This document shows, piece by piece, positions 35,481 to 48,907 of a DNA stretch of 64,000 nt (position 1 is the first letter of the stretch; each line of letters opens with the position of its first letter). The stretch comes from Mobula hypostoma (taxonomy: Eukaryota), in assembly GCF_963921235.1 (NCBI RefSeq), contig NC_086097.1:127722001-127786000 (forward strand), in the 5' to 3' direction. The notes below the pieces were generated by a model. It did not search any database and was not told where the DNA came from. It worked only from the letters and a program-made list of their open reading frames with translations. The translations under genes were made by a program, and so were the position numbers.

Positions 35481-36849
35481 TTGAGCGCATTTCATCTTTT
35501 TTGCATCTATTGAAACTGGGTCTTGGGTCAATTTTGGGAGTCATTTAAATGATAACATTTCAATTAACACCTGCAGTTTTGTAATTAACTTGTATTTCTC
35601 TCATGCCATTGCTGTTTAGCCATAGGGAAAACGACAACAGTGTGCCAATTGTTTAATGAACCTGTGGAATGCAGACTGATTGATGCTGAAGTCCCCTGAA
35701 TCAGTGTGGAGAAAGTCAACGTCAAATGGCTCAAGGCCTAAAGTAATACAGAAAACTCATAGCATTCCTAGAACTCGACTTGAAGTCACCTTAAAACACT
35801 CAGCACAATGTGCTGCTGCAAGAAATTTTTTCATTGCATTTAAATGTACTTGTCCATGTGACAGGGCATCCAAGATTCTGGGGAGAAAGCAGGAGAATGG
35901 GGTTGATGGGGATAATGAGTTAGCCATGATGGAATTGTCTAATTCCGCTCCTATACCTTATGGTTAAAAAAAGTCCATTTTGACTCATCCAGGTATCCAA
36001 ACAAATTAATATTAGACATGTAAAATAAACTGAACACTGTCAGTGGTTAAGGATATCAAGATAAAGATGTGTATGAAGTCTCCGAGGGTAACGTGACCAA
36101 TTTTCTTTAAAATCCATAAGCTAATCCCCTCTCTCTTCAAAGTAACATAACAGGCGCCAGTGATGCAGAAGGGCATGACCTGAACTAATCACTGGTTATT
36201 GAGCATAACAAGAAAAAACACAAAAGAATAAACAAACTTCTCATGTAGAGCAATAAATAAATAAAATATTTTAAACTGGACCACTACGATCTCTGTCTAT
36301 AGAACTCATTACTTTGGTAAAGCAACGAACAAAATCAAAGTCCAGACCCACCCCATATGTTTTCTCTTCTCCCGACCCTTTGGGTAGAAGACGCTAAAGC
36401 CTGAAAGCACAAACTACTAGGCCCAAGGACAGCTTCTATCCCACAGTTATAAGACAAATGAACTGTTGCCTAGTATCTTACAACATACCTTGCCATTGCA
36501 GTGGCACCTAATTGCCTGTCTACAGTGCACTTTCTCTGTAACTGTAATATTTCATTCTGTTATTGTTTACTCTTGTACTACCTCACTGCACTGATGTAAT
36601 GAAACTCTCTTTTAGGTCGTATGCAAAACAAAATATTTCACCATCCCTCAGTACCTATGACAATAATAAAACCAATTTACCATGTTCACTAGATCCTGTG
36701 TATCAAAGTTTAAAGCCCCGTGGCAGGAGGCCACTGAAATAACAGAAGCAGGTTCTGCAAAAGTGCCATGATGCTGGAATGGAACAGAACAGACTCAATG
36801 TTCCAGTCTACATTAAAAAAAATGGTTAAATCAGATTTGTGACCAAATG

Positions 36850-37420
36850 AACATATAACAGAATGGGCCCTTCAGCCCTCGATTTGTGGTAATCTTTTAA
36901 CCTATTCTACAATCAATCAAATCCTTCCTTCTGACATTCCCTCCTCATTAGACATGTCCTCGAATCCAGGCAACGTCCTAGTAAATCTCCTCTGTGCCCT
37001 CTCTAAATCTTCACATCCTTCCTATAATGAGGCAACCACAAATGAATACAATACTTCAAGCATGGTCTAGTCAGAGTTTTATAGAACTGCAACATTACCT
37101 CATGGCTGTTGAACTCCATTTCCCTAACTAATGGAGATCAACACACCTTACACATCTTCTTAACCACCCTATCAACTGGCATGGCACCTTTGAGGGATCT
37201 CTGGACACGGATCCCAAAATCACTCTGTTCCTCCACACTGCTAAGAATCCTGCCGTTAATTGTGTATTCGGCCTTCAAGTTCAACCTTCCAAAGTGTGTT
37301 ACTTCACACTTTTCCTACTAAACTCCATCTCAGCCCAGCACAGCACCCTGTCAGTGTCCAGCTGTAACCCATAACAACCTTCCACAATACCATCTTTGTA
37401 TCATCTGCAAATGTATAAAC
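36850..37420 (-). mobile_element. CR1 3' fragment (internally deleted)
   Basis: Minus-strand FADDTK at about 37395-37412 and a CR1-like tail near 36850. Confidence 0.7.
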
Positions 37421-37880
37421 CCAGTAAGATTGAATGAGTACAGAGAAAATTTACAAGGATGTTGCTGAAATTTGAGGACCTGAGTTATCAGGAAAGGATG
37501 AACAGGTTTGGACTTTATCCGCTGGAACATAGAAGAACGAGGGGAGATTTGACAGAGGTATACAAAATTATGAGGGGTATAGATAGAGTAAATGCAAGCA
37601 GGCTTTTTCTGCTTAAGTTTGCTGATACCAGGATTAGAGGTCATAGGTTAAGGGTGAAAGGTGAAATATTTCAAGAGAAATCTGAGAGGGAGCTTCTTCA
37701 CTCAGAACAGTACGGAACGATGGAAATGGGGGATGTGGATTTGATAGCAACACTTAAGAGAAGTTTGTATAGGTACTTAGATGGGAGGGGTATGGAGGAC
37801 TATGGTCCAGGTGTGGGTCGATGGGACTTGCAGAAGAACAGTTTGAAAGATAGGCCGATGGGTCTGTTTCTGTGCAGTAG
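37421..37880 (+). mobile_element. CR1 3' fragment
   Basis: EDLSYQERMNRFGLYPLEHRRTRGDLTEVYKIMRGIDRV. Confidence 0.85.
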
Positions 37881-39394
37881 TGCTTCCACTTCCTCATCCA
37901 AGTCATTTCTAAAATCATAATAAGCAAGGTCCTAGACAGACCGGTTAAATAAATGTTTGTACTGGTATAAATGGAAAATATTATAAGCACCTTGGAACTT
38001 CAGCTATGACTGAGTGTTTTTTTTTAAACCACTGAGGAACAATAGATTTTGGGCATTAAAAACAATTTCTTTAATTCACAATTATAGATTTAAACTTACT
38101 GAATAAGTATTTACTCATCCAATTCCTTTCAAATATCTATCCACAGTCTATTTGTAGCTGCTTAAAAGAGAAGGGTTTATTGTATGAAAGTAACATATTG
38201 TACTTCATGCTCAATACATATTATCTTGTACATCAGGATACAAGAAACTGGATCAACATGTCTCCAAAAGGCATCCACAACATTGATGAGGAAGTGCAAC
38301 TCTGAACCATTAATAAACTATTATATAGAATGTTTTTTTCCCCTAGTTTAAACATCTCAACTTTAAGGATTTACAGATTTGTTATTTAGTTTTATGTCCG
38401 CTGACTACATTTGTAATATGGATTACAAAACACACAATCTCTTTCTTTTGAACTGTGTGCATTGAAGTAAATATGTGCAGGTTCACAAACAAAAATAGGG
38501 AGTTTTCTGCGGAAAGCTCCATCATAGAGAATTGTGTAGCAAAAAAAAAATTAATAATTCTGGAGATATTCAACAATTCAACCAAGAATGAAACACTACG
38601 TGATGGATACTGCACGGACCAGCATATACAATATTTTCTCTTTTGGTGGAGTGTGCTCACTGCTTGATCCGAGTTCAAATCTACCACTCATTAAAATCTA
38701 ACATTAAATGTTTAATTGCATGAACAAGCGTTGCTAACCTAAGATTAAACACTGGGTGTGGATTTATAATACATTGTAGAAGAATTCCCTTCAATGGATC
38801 AATATCACATTACCCACTGAGATAAGGAGGCAAGAACAGCTGTTACAGTTCCCTGCCTGTACTACACCAGTTCATCTAACAGCAGCTTCATTTCCTGCTC
38901 TCATTACTTTCTTAAGGACAAGGACAATCAATGATCAGATGTAACTTTGATGCTTGTTTATGAACTAGAATCATTAATTTAATATCATTTTGGCAAAGTC
39001 TCCAGATGAGTAATGGTGAGTACATCAGTAAAGGGAAAGCAATGTAACTATTGATGCATTCAAACATTTCACTTTGTTCTGCAAAGTTTTATAGTGGGTC
39101 AATTATCATCAGGAGTTCCTATAGACCAATAAAAGGTAAAAATCAAAAAGTGCACACGTAATAATTAACCAAAGATTACCCACCATAATCCTGTTCAACG
39201 ATTACATCGCATACGAGCAAACTAAATATTTAGTATTGGAAATACAAAGCATTTTAAATGCAACAAGGATGAAGCAGTTCTGCTCATTTAAATCATAAAT
39301 GTTCAACTGAATGAACATAAACATTGCATTTTCTTTGAACATAGATTTAAAGGCAAATACTCAGACATATTTACATATAGGTAAACCCACTTAC

Positions 39395-39487
39395 CCTAGA
39401 ACAAAAGACAAAAGCAGGGCCCAGTCCATGGGTACAAACCAAACCCATTAATATATATAGAAAACCTATCGAATAGGAATATAAAAC
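39395..39487 (-). CDS. SLC35B3: PAPS transporter 2, coding exon (93 bp)
   Basis: ttcctag|..|gtaagt. Encodes VLYSYSIGFLYILMGLVCTHGLGPAFVFCSR. Confidence 0.97.
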
Positions 39488-41959
39488 CTAGGAACAAGAG
39501 GAGACATGTAGATTAATGAACTCGGATGTGCAGCTGTTCAAAATGAAAGCAGTTGCTTATACTGTTATATAAAACAGAGAACAGTGCAAATGATAAATGT
39601 AAGGCAACAAAGGTGCCAAAAGGCAAACACCTGGAACTTTTAAAAAATATATAGTTTGACCCGCATTGCGTTTTAATCAAAACTACAATAAAATATAGTA
39701 ATACTACATTAGCCAAGGACTACCTAAGAAAAATAATGGTTGATTCTTTGTGTAAAAGTTTGACAAATAAAATAATTCTAATCAGTAGAACACATTTGCA
39801 TATAGCTGGTGGGTCTCATATGAAATGATATATGTCTAGATATTCTGGTGTGATGCAACAGTGGGGATCTAATAGCCACTTCTGTCATTGACCCCCCCTG
39901 TGAAAACTTCATTTGCTTCAGGGGCCATGGGCAAATGTTATATTTCCTAGAACAATTGTGAGGCTCATTTCTGGGAGTCGGCATCCACAGATTCAAATGG
40001 ACTCATGCTAGGACTTAGCTGGTGGTGGGAAAAGAATGTGGTGTAAAGCTGCATAATGGAAGCAGGCATTTTGGAAGTTGGCAGCTGAATGGTAATAGTG
40101 GGCTAGAGTTTGAGGAAAGATTAAGTGAAAAGTTCAGGGTCACAACCAAGATTCATTCAACATGTATTTTGGGGTGGGGGGGTAGGAAAGCACCTTACAG
40201 CCTATAGGAGTCAATACTGAACTTAACAATTCAAATAATTATCTACTTCAGTCTTGAATCTCATTTTCCAACATTCAGTCATCTCTTTCTTCAGATTTCA
40301 CTTGCTCCTTCCAGTTTATTTCTTTATCACCTTCTTTCAGTTATCATCATCACATTTAATTCGTTCACTCCTGGTCTCCACCCAACATAGTCTTCGCCAC
40401 CTTCTTCCCCTTCTCTCCAAATTAAACTTCATTACTTGTATATTTCTCATGATGCAGGTCAGATTCGGATTCATATATCACATGTACGTTGAAACAGACA
40501 GTAAAATGCATCATTTGCTTCAACATCCAACGCAACCTAACAATATGATAGGGACCACCGGCACAATCACCACGCATTCCAGCGCTTAACATAGTATGCC
40601 CACAATTCCCTGCAGAGCAACCCAGAATGCAAGCAACAAAAGAGCAACAGCAAGATGAGCTCTGTTTCTCCCTCCCACCCAACGCACACGCACAGTCGTC
40701 CAACACCAGTACCAGCCATCTTTGGCCTCCAGCGGACTTGTGGATTCAAGGCACAAAACATCGAATTCCCCAACAGACTCGCAGAGACTTGCAGCCCCAG
40801 GCTTCCGCAGACTTTCTGACTTCTGATTAACCATTGGGCTTCCATCTTTAGTACAGACCCCAGGACTTGCCAATGACGATGAATGAAAACCCTAGATGAG
40901 GACCCTGAATACCAGGCCTCAAACTCTGGTTTTGCTGATTCATGTACCAAGGGGGTCACTGGCGTCACGCCTCCTACCTGCACAGAATTCGAATCCTGGA
41001 ACCTGCCAATAACTCGTTGACCTGGGAGGGCCAACTAACCCTCATACTTGCTGGTCTGCCGGCCCGATATTCAACTACATATGTCCCATGCCTGCGTGGC
41101 TGGCCTTCGAATGTGGAGCAAAGGCATAGATTCTGGTCTGACCTCTAATTCCCTAAAACAGCCTCTTTGGGATGTGGGCAAAAACTGGAGCAGCTCGAGG
41201 AAACCTACACAGACATAGGTAGAATGGAACAAGGTTAGGGTTTCTCTTACTCTGCATTCAACATAATTTTATAATTCCTGGTAGATAATTATGCCATTTA
41301 ATTATAATGAAAATTTCTGTTTTCCATTAATCAACTACCACTCCCACCTCATCCCCTGAAAAAAGGGTTTAGCTGAAAATGTAAACTCTGTTCTCAAAGC
41401 TGTTTACAATTCTACTCATCAAGTATTGCTCCTTATAAGAATAGCTCTGTAACAATATGTCCAAACAAAATGGGCAATTTCATGGTGAACCTCTAACAGT
41501 GCAGGGCCTTATTACCAAAGACTCTCCCTAAAGCTTCTTTTGCATAATAATAACAACATGATGCATCCAAGCAAGCAAAATAAATCCCACTCACAAAATG
41601 AGTTAAAAAAAAAATTACTATCATCTGAGTCATGTTTCCTGACTTAGCCAGGACAGCCAAATGATCAGGACAATCTGAATGTGTTTGAGACATTCAGAAC
41701 TATAAAAGTTCAGAAGTTGTAAAAATACTACAAAAAAAAAAGCAAACTAAGACACTCAAACACTGATTGGTGGCTGGGTTGAGTTGTTCTCCGATCATGG
41801 CAATTTACTTGCAACCCTTTCATCACCATGCGAGGAGTCATCGTGCGGCAAACTTTTCGTGCGTTGTGGTCTGGGGCATGACTTCAGGATTGAAGGACGT
41901 CCATTTAGAAAAGAGATGCAGAGAAATTACTTTAATTGTGTCCTCTTGTCCTAGGCTCC

Positions 41960-44015
41960 TCTACCACGGGAAATAACTTTGCCATATCTCAGGCGTTTTA
42001 ACTTGCAGAATGTTTCTATGAGATCCCTCCCCTCATTCTCCTAAACTCCAGGGAATACAGCCTAAGAGTTACCAGACGTTCCTCATACGGTAACCATTTC
42101 ATTCCTGGAATCATTCTTTTGAATCTTCTCTGAACCCTCTCCAATGTCAGTATATCTTTTCTAAAATAAGAGCCCAAAACTGCACACAATACTCCAAGTG
42201 TGGTCTCATGATTGCCTACAGAGCCTCAACATCACATCCCTGCTCTTACATTGTATATCTCTAGAAATGAATGCCAACATTGCATTTGCCTTCTTCACCA
42301 CCAATTCAACCTGGAGGTTAACCTTTAAGGTATCCTGCAGAAGGACTCCCAAGTCCCTTTGCACCTCTGCATTTTGAATTCTCTCCCCATCTAAATAATA
42401 GTCTGCCCATTTATTTCTTCCACCAAAGTGCATGACCATGCACTTTACAATATTGTATTTCATTTGCCACTTCTTTGCCCATTCATCTAAACTATCTAAG
42501 TCTCTCTGTAGGTTCTCTTGTTTCCTCAACACTACCCACTCCTCCACCTATCTTTGTATCATCGGCAAATGTAGCCACAAATCCATTAATCCCATAGTCC
42601 AAATCATTGACATATATCGTAAAAAGCAGCGGCCCCAACATCGACCCTTGTGGAACTCCACTGGTAACTGGCAGCCAGCCAAAATAGGATCCCTTTATTC
42701 CCATTCTTGTTTTCTGCCAATCAGCCAATGCTCCACCCATGCTCATAACTCTCCTGTAATTTCATGGGCTCTTATCTTGCTAAGCAGCCTCATGTGCAGC
42801 ACCTTGTCAAAGGCCTTCTGAAAATCCAAGTACACCACATCTACTGCATCTCCTTCATTTACCCTGCATGTAATTTCCTCAAAAAGTTGTAGTAGGTTAG
42901 TCAGGCAGGATTTTCCTTTCAGGAAACCATGCTGGCTTTGGCCCATGTTGTCACATGCCTCCAGGTATTCCATTATCTTATTCCTAACAATCGATTCCAA
43001 CAACTTCCCAACCACTGATGTCAGGGTAACAGGTCTATAAGTTTCCTTTCTGCTGCCTCCCACCCTTCTTAAATAGCAGAGTAACATTTACAATTTTCCA
43101 GTCATCCGGTACAATGCCAGATGATTCTTGAAAGATCATTGTAAATGCCTCTGCAATCTCTCCAGCTACTTCCTTCAGAACCCGAAGGTGCATTCCATCA
43201 GGTCCAGGAGATTTATTAAGCCCATTAAGCTTTCTAAGCACCTTCTCAGTCGTAATTTTCACTGCACATACTTTAGTTCTTTGACACTCTTCAATGTCCG
43301 GTATACTGCAGATATCTTCCACTGCAGACTGATGCAAAATATGCAATCAGTTCCTCTGACATCTCTGCGTTTCTCATTACAATATCTCCAGCGTCATTTT
43401 CTATTGGTCCTATATCTACACTCAACTCTCTTTTACCCTTTATGTACTTAAAAAAGCTTTTAGTATCTTCTCTGATATTAGTTGCCAGCTTCCTTTCGTA
43501 ATTCATCTTTTCCTTCTTAATGACCTACTTAGTTTCCTTCTGCAAGTTTCTAAAAAGCTTCCCAATCCTCTATCTTTCCACTAACTTTGGCTTCCTTGTA
43601 TGCCCTCTCTTTTGCTTTTACTTTGGCTTTGACTTCACCTCTCAGCCACAGTAGTGTCCTCTTTCCATTCGAAAATCTCTTCTAATGTGGAATACACCTG
43701 ACTTGCACTCCCCTCATTTTTCGCAGAAACTCTAGTCATTGCTTCTCTGCTGTCCTTCCTGCTAGTGTCCTTTTCCAGTCAACCTTGGCCAGTTACCCTC
43801 TCATGCCATTGTAATTTCCTTTATTCCACTGAAATACTGACACATTGGAATTTAGTTTCTCCTTCTCAAATTTCAAAGTGAACTTGATCATATTGTGCTC
43901 ACTGTTCCCTAAGGGTTCCTTAACCTTAAGCTATCTTATCACTGCACAACACCCAATCCAGCACAGCCGATCCCCTAGTGGACTCAACACAAGCTGTTCT
44001 AAAAAGTCATCCATT
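41960..44015 (-). mobile_element. CR1 LINE ORF2 fragment
   Basis: [66 protein letters not shown]. Confidence 0.92.
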
Positions 44016-45758
44016 TGCAAGTAAATTGTCAAGATTGGAGAGCAACTTAACACAACCACTGATAAAAATATTAAACATTTGTGAAAGTATTTGAAAGTGC
44101 TCCTTTAAAAATAGTCTCAATTAACAATGAGTGACTAAAATATACTCATACGGTTCATAAAAAAACCCAGCACTGCTACAGAAAATGAGGTTAAATCGAA
44201 ATAGAGCAATGGTAGGGTACTCATTAATGTGGTGCTTCAACACCCATATGGAAATTTGTCTCCACATTTTTAAACAAGTTTTTCATTTTCCTAATATACC
44301 TTCTCTTACATAAATGTCAGAAACAGGAAGGGAGCAATCACTATTTCGAGTATTCTACAGACCTCTAACAGCGACAGAGACAATGAGGGACAGATCAAGG
44401 GGCAGATTTTGGAAAGGTGCAAAAATAACAAGGTTGTTATCATGGATGACCTCAACTTCTCTAATACTGATTTGCATCCCCTTAATGCAAAAGGATTATA
44501 TGCGGTATTGGTTAGGTGTGTCCGGGAAGCATTCCTGACATAATATGTAGACAACCCAACTTGAGGAAAGGCGCTACTGAATCTGGTGCTAGGCAATAAA
44601 CCAAGTCAGGTCTACAGGTGGGTGAACATTTCAGGGACAGTGACCACAACTCCCTGACCTTTACCATAGCCTTGGAGAGGAATGGGAGCAGATGGGATGG
44701 GGAAGTATTTAACTAGGGGAAGGAGGAATTATGATGCCATTAGGCAGGATCTTGGGAGCATTAATATAGGTTTCTCCCATTGAGGCAGCGAAAGGTGGTA
44801 GACTGAAGGAAACATGGTTTACAAAACATGTGGTACATCTACTCAAAAGGAAGAAGGTTTAACATTTTAGGAAGCAAGGATCAGAAAGGGCTCTCAAGAG
44901 TTCCAAGGCAGCCAGGAAGGAGCTGTTAGAAAGGGGCATGAGAAGGCTTCGGTGAGTGGGATAAAGGAAAACTCTAAGCCATTTTACATACATATGAAGA
45001 ACAGGAGGACGACTAAAGGTAAAACCAATAAAAAGAAACGTGCTTGAAGTTGGAGGAGGTAGGGGAGGTCCTTAATGAAAACTTTACTTCAGTGTTCACC
45101 AGTGAGAGGCACCTTGACATTTGTGAGGACAGAGTAAAACAGGCTGATTTGTCTGAAGATGTCAAGGTTAAGGAAGAGGATTGTTGGAACTTTTGAAACA
45201 CATTAAGATAAATAAGTCCCTGGGCTGGATAGGACATACTCCAGGTTACTATGGGAAGTGAGGGAAGAGATTACTGTACCTTTGGTAATGACTTCTGTAT
45301 CCTCAGTGGCAACAGAAGTGCCAGAAGATGAAAGGTCGGTAAATGTTATTCCTTTGTTCAAGAATGGTAGTAGGAATAATCCTGAGAATTTCAAACCAGT
45401 GAGTCTTATTTCAGTGGTGGGCAAGCAATAGGAGAAGATTCTTGGAGATGGTATTTACGAGAATTTGGAGAAGTATAATTTGATTACAGATAGTCAGCAT
45501 GGCTTTGTGAGGGACAGGTTATGTCCCAAGAGCCTGACTGAATTCTTTGAGGATGTGACGAAGCACATTGAAGAGAGAGCAATGGATCCAATGGTTATGG
45601 ATTTTAGGAAGGCATTTGATAAGGTTCCCTATGGTAAGCTCATTCAGAAAGTCAGGAAACATGGAATACAGGGAAACTTGGCAGTGTGAATTCAGACAAC
45701 ACACATCAAAGTTGCTGGTGAACGCAGCAGGCCAGGCAGCATCTGTAGGAAGAGGTGC

Positions 45759-45794
45759 AGTCGACGTTTCAGGCCGAGACCCTTCGTCAGGACT
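45759..45794 (-). ncRNA. Minimal type I hammerhead ribozyme (intact core)
   Basis: Minus strand reads AGTC CTGACGA AGG GTCTCGG CCT GAAA CG TC^GACT. Confidence 0.85.
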
Positions 45795-46085
45795 AACTGA
45801 AGGAAGAGTGAGTAAGGAATTTGAAAGTTGGAGGCAGAGGGGGAGATCCAAAATGATAGGAGAAGACAGGAGGGGGAGGGATAGAGCCAAGAGCTGGACA
45901 GGTGATTGGCAAAGGGGATACGAGAGGATCATTGGACAGGAGGCCCGGGAAGAAAGACAAGGGGGGGGACCCAGAGGATGGGCAAGGGGTATATTCAGAG
46001 GGACAGAGGGAGAAAAAGGAGAGTGAGAGAAAGAATGTGTGCATAAAAATAAGTAACAGATGGGGTACGAGGGGGAGGTGGGACC

Positions 46086-46778
46086 TTAGCGGAAGTTAGG
46101 GAAGTCGATGTTCATGCCATCAGGTTGGAGGCTACCCAGACGGAATATAAGGTGTTGTTCCTCCAACCTGAGTGTGGCTTCATCTTTACAGTAGAGGAGG
46201 CCGTGGATAGACATATCAGAAAGGGAATGGGATGTGGAATTAAAATGTGTGGCCACTGGGAGATCCTGCTTTCTCTGGCAGACAGAGCGTAGATGTTCAG
46301 CAAAGCGGTCTTCCAGTCTGCGTCGGGTCTCACCAATATATAAAAGGCCACATCGGGAGCACCAGACGCAGTATATCACCCCAGTCGACTCACAGGTGAA
46401 GTGTTGCCTCACCTGGAAGGACTGTTTGGGGCCCTGAATGGTGGTAAGGGAGGAAGTGTAAGGGCATGTGTAGCACTTGTTCTGCTTACACGGATAAGTG
46501 CCAGGAGGGAGATCAGTGGGGAGGGATGGCGGGGAGGGAAAGATGTGCTTAGTGGTGGGATCCCATTGGAGGTGGCGGAAGTTACGGAGAATAATATGTT
46601 GGACCCAGAGGCTGGTGGGGTGGTAGGTGAGGACCAGGGGAACCCTATTCCTAGTGGGGTGGCGGGAGGATGGAGTGAGAGCAGATATACGTGAAATGGG
46701 GGAGATGCGTTTAAGAGCAGAGTTGATAGTGGAGGAAGGAAAGCCCCTTTCTTTAAAAAAGGAAGACATCTCCCTCAT
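46086..46778 (-). CDS. PLE-derived ORF: RT thumb/linker plus GIY-YIG endonuclease (230 aa)
   Basis: Uninterrupted frame, nearly identical to 9975-10658. Expression is unknown. Confidence 0.6.
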   Translation of the reverse strand: MREMSSFFKERGFPSSTINSALKRISPISRISALTPSSRHPTRNRVPLVLTYHPTSLWVQHIILRNFRHLQWDPTTKHIFPSPPSLPTDLPPGTYPCKQNKCYTCPYTSSLTTIQGPKQSFQVRQHFTCESTGVIYCVWCSRCGLLYIGETRRRLEDRFAEHLRSVCQRKQDLPVATHFNSTSHSLSDMSIHGLLYCKDEATLRLEEQHLIFRLGSLQPDGMNIDFPNFR

Positions 46779-47013
46779 CCTAGAATGAAAAGCCTCATCC
46801 TGAGAGCAGATGCGGCGGAGACGGAGGAATTGCGAGAAGGGGATGGCATTTTTGCAAGAGACAGGGTGAGAAGAGGAATAGTCCAGATAGCTGTGAGAGT
46901 CAGTAGGCTTATAGTAGACAACAGGAATTCTGCAGATGCTGGAAATTCAAGCAACATACATCAAAGTTGCTGGTGAACGCAGCAGGCCAAGCAGCATCTA
47001 TAGGAAGAGGCGC

Positions 47014-47049
47014 AGTCGACGTTTCAGGCCGAGACCCTTCGTCAGGACT
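47014..47049 (-). ncRNA. Minimal type I hammerhead ribozyme (intact core)
   Basis: Same 36-nt motif as 45759-45794. Confidence 0.85.
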
Positions 47050-48828
47050 AACTGAAGGAAGAGTGAGTAAGGGATTTGAAAGCTGGAGGGGGAGGGGGAG
47101 ATGCAAAATGATAGGAGAAGACAGGAGGGGGAGGGATAGAGCCGAGAGCTGGACAGGTGATAGGCAAAAGGGGATACGAGAGGATCATGGGACAGGAGGT
47201 CCGGGAAGAAAGACAAGGAGGGGGGGTTGACCCAGAGGATGGGCAAGAGGTATATTCAGAGGGACAGAGGGAGAAAAAGGAGAGTGAGAGAAAGAATGTG
47301 TGCATAAAAATGAGTAACAGATGGGGTACGAGGGGGAGGTGGGGCCTTAGCGGAAGTTAGAGAAGTCGATGTTCATGCCATCAGGTTGGAGGCTACCCAG
47401 ACGGAATATAAGGTGTTGTTCCTCCAACCTGAGTGTGGCTTCATCTTTACAGTAGAGGAGGCCGTGGATAGACATGTCAGAATGGGAATGGGATGTGGAA
47501 TTAAAATGTGTGGCCACTGGGAGATCCTGCTTTCTCTGGCGGACAGAGCGTAGATGTTCAGCAAAGCGGTCTCCCAGTCTGCGTCGGGTCTCACCAATAT
47601 ATAAAAGGCCACATCGGGAGCACCGGACGCAGTATATCACCCCAGTCGACTCACAGGTGAAGTGATGCCTCACCTGGAAGGACTGTTTGGGGCCCTGAAT
47701 GGTGGTAAGGGAGGAAGTGTAAGGGCATGTGTAGCACTTGTTCCGCTTACACGGATAAGTGCCAGGAGGGAGATCAGTGGGGAGGGATGGGGGGGATGAA
47801 TGGACAAGGGAGTTGTGTAGGGAGCGATCCCTGCGGAATGCAGAGAGGGGGGGGGGAGGGAAAGATGAGCTTAGTGGTGGGATCCCGTTGGAGGTGGCGG
47901 AAGTTACGGAGAATAATATGTTGGACCCGGAGGCTGGTGGGGTGGTAGGTGAGGACCAGGGGAACCCTATTCCTAGTGGGGTGGTGGGAGGATGGAGTGA
48001 GAGCAGATGTACGTGAAATGGGGGAGATGCGTTTAAGAGCAGAGTTGATAGTGGAGGAAGGGAAGCCCCTTATAGGCTTATAGTAGACATCAGTGGATAA
48101 GCTGTCTCCAGAGACAGAGACAGAAAGATCTAGAAAGGGGAGGGAGGTGTCGGAAATGGACCAGGTAAACTTGAGGGCAGGGTGAAAGTTGGAGGCAAAG
48201 TTAATAAAGTCAACTCTGTGTGAATTCAGAATTGGCTTCCCCATACAAGCAGAAGATGGTTGTTGTAGAAGAAACGCATTCTGTATGGAGGTCAATGACC
48301 AGTGGTGTTCCGCAGGGATCTATTCTGGAACCCCTGCTCTTTGTGAGTTATATAAATTATTTGGATGAGAAAGTAGAAGGGTCTTTGGCCTTCCATGGCA
48401 AAGGCTGGCGATCCTGTGGATAGTGTAGAAGGTTGTAATAGGTTATAACAGGACATTGACAGGATTCAGAGCTGTACTGAGAAAAGGCAGATGGAGTTCA
48501 ACCTGGAAAAGTATGAAGTGATTCAACATTGGAAGGTCGAATTTGAAGGCAGAATACATCAAAGTCAAAAGTACATGGTTAGTAACAGGATTCTTAGCAG
48601 TGTGGAGGAAACAGAGATCTTGGGGTTCATGTCCATAGATCCCTCAAAGTTGACATGCAAGTTGATAGGGCTGTTAAAAGGCAGTATGGTGTGTTGGCCT
48701 TCATTAGTTAGGAATTCAAGAGTTGTGAAGTAATGATGCAGCTCTACAAGACTCAGGTTAGACCACACTTGGAATATTCTGTTCAATTTTGGTTACCCAA
48801 TTATAGGAAGGATGTGGAAACTTTAGAC

Positions 48829-48907
48829 AAGGGGTTCCAACCTTTTTTATACCATGGACCAATATTATTAAGCAAGGGGTCCATGTACCCCAGGTTGGGA
48901 ACCCCTG
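48829..48907. mobile_element. hAT (Charlie-like) MITE, about 79 bp
   Basis: TIRs aggggttccaacc / ggttgggaacccctg, with near-matching 8-bp flanks ctttagac / ttttagag. Confidence 0.75.

Larger units (their letters stand above)
45697..48217 (-). mobile_element. Penelope-like element, head-to-tail partial dimer
   Basis: Two GIY-YIG plus terminal-repeat units (about 48217-46918 and 46917-45697). RT remnant FINFASNFHPALKFTWSISDTSLPFLDLSV..STDVYYKP. 13-bp TSD GTGTGAATTCAGA (45684-45696, 48218-48230). Confidence 0.94.

Noticed and set aside
36850..37880. Twin-priming inversion of a single CR1
   Set aside because: Each half has its own 3' tail and no TSD was found; two back-to-back fragments fit better.
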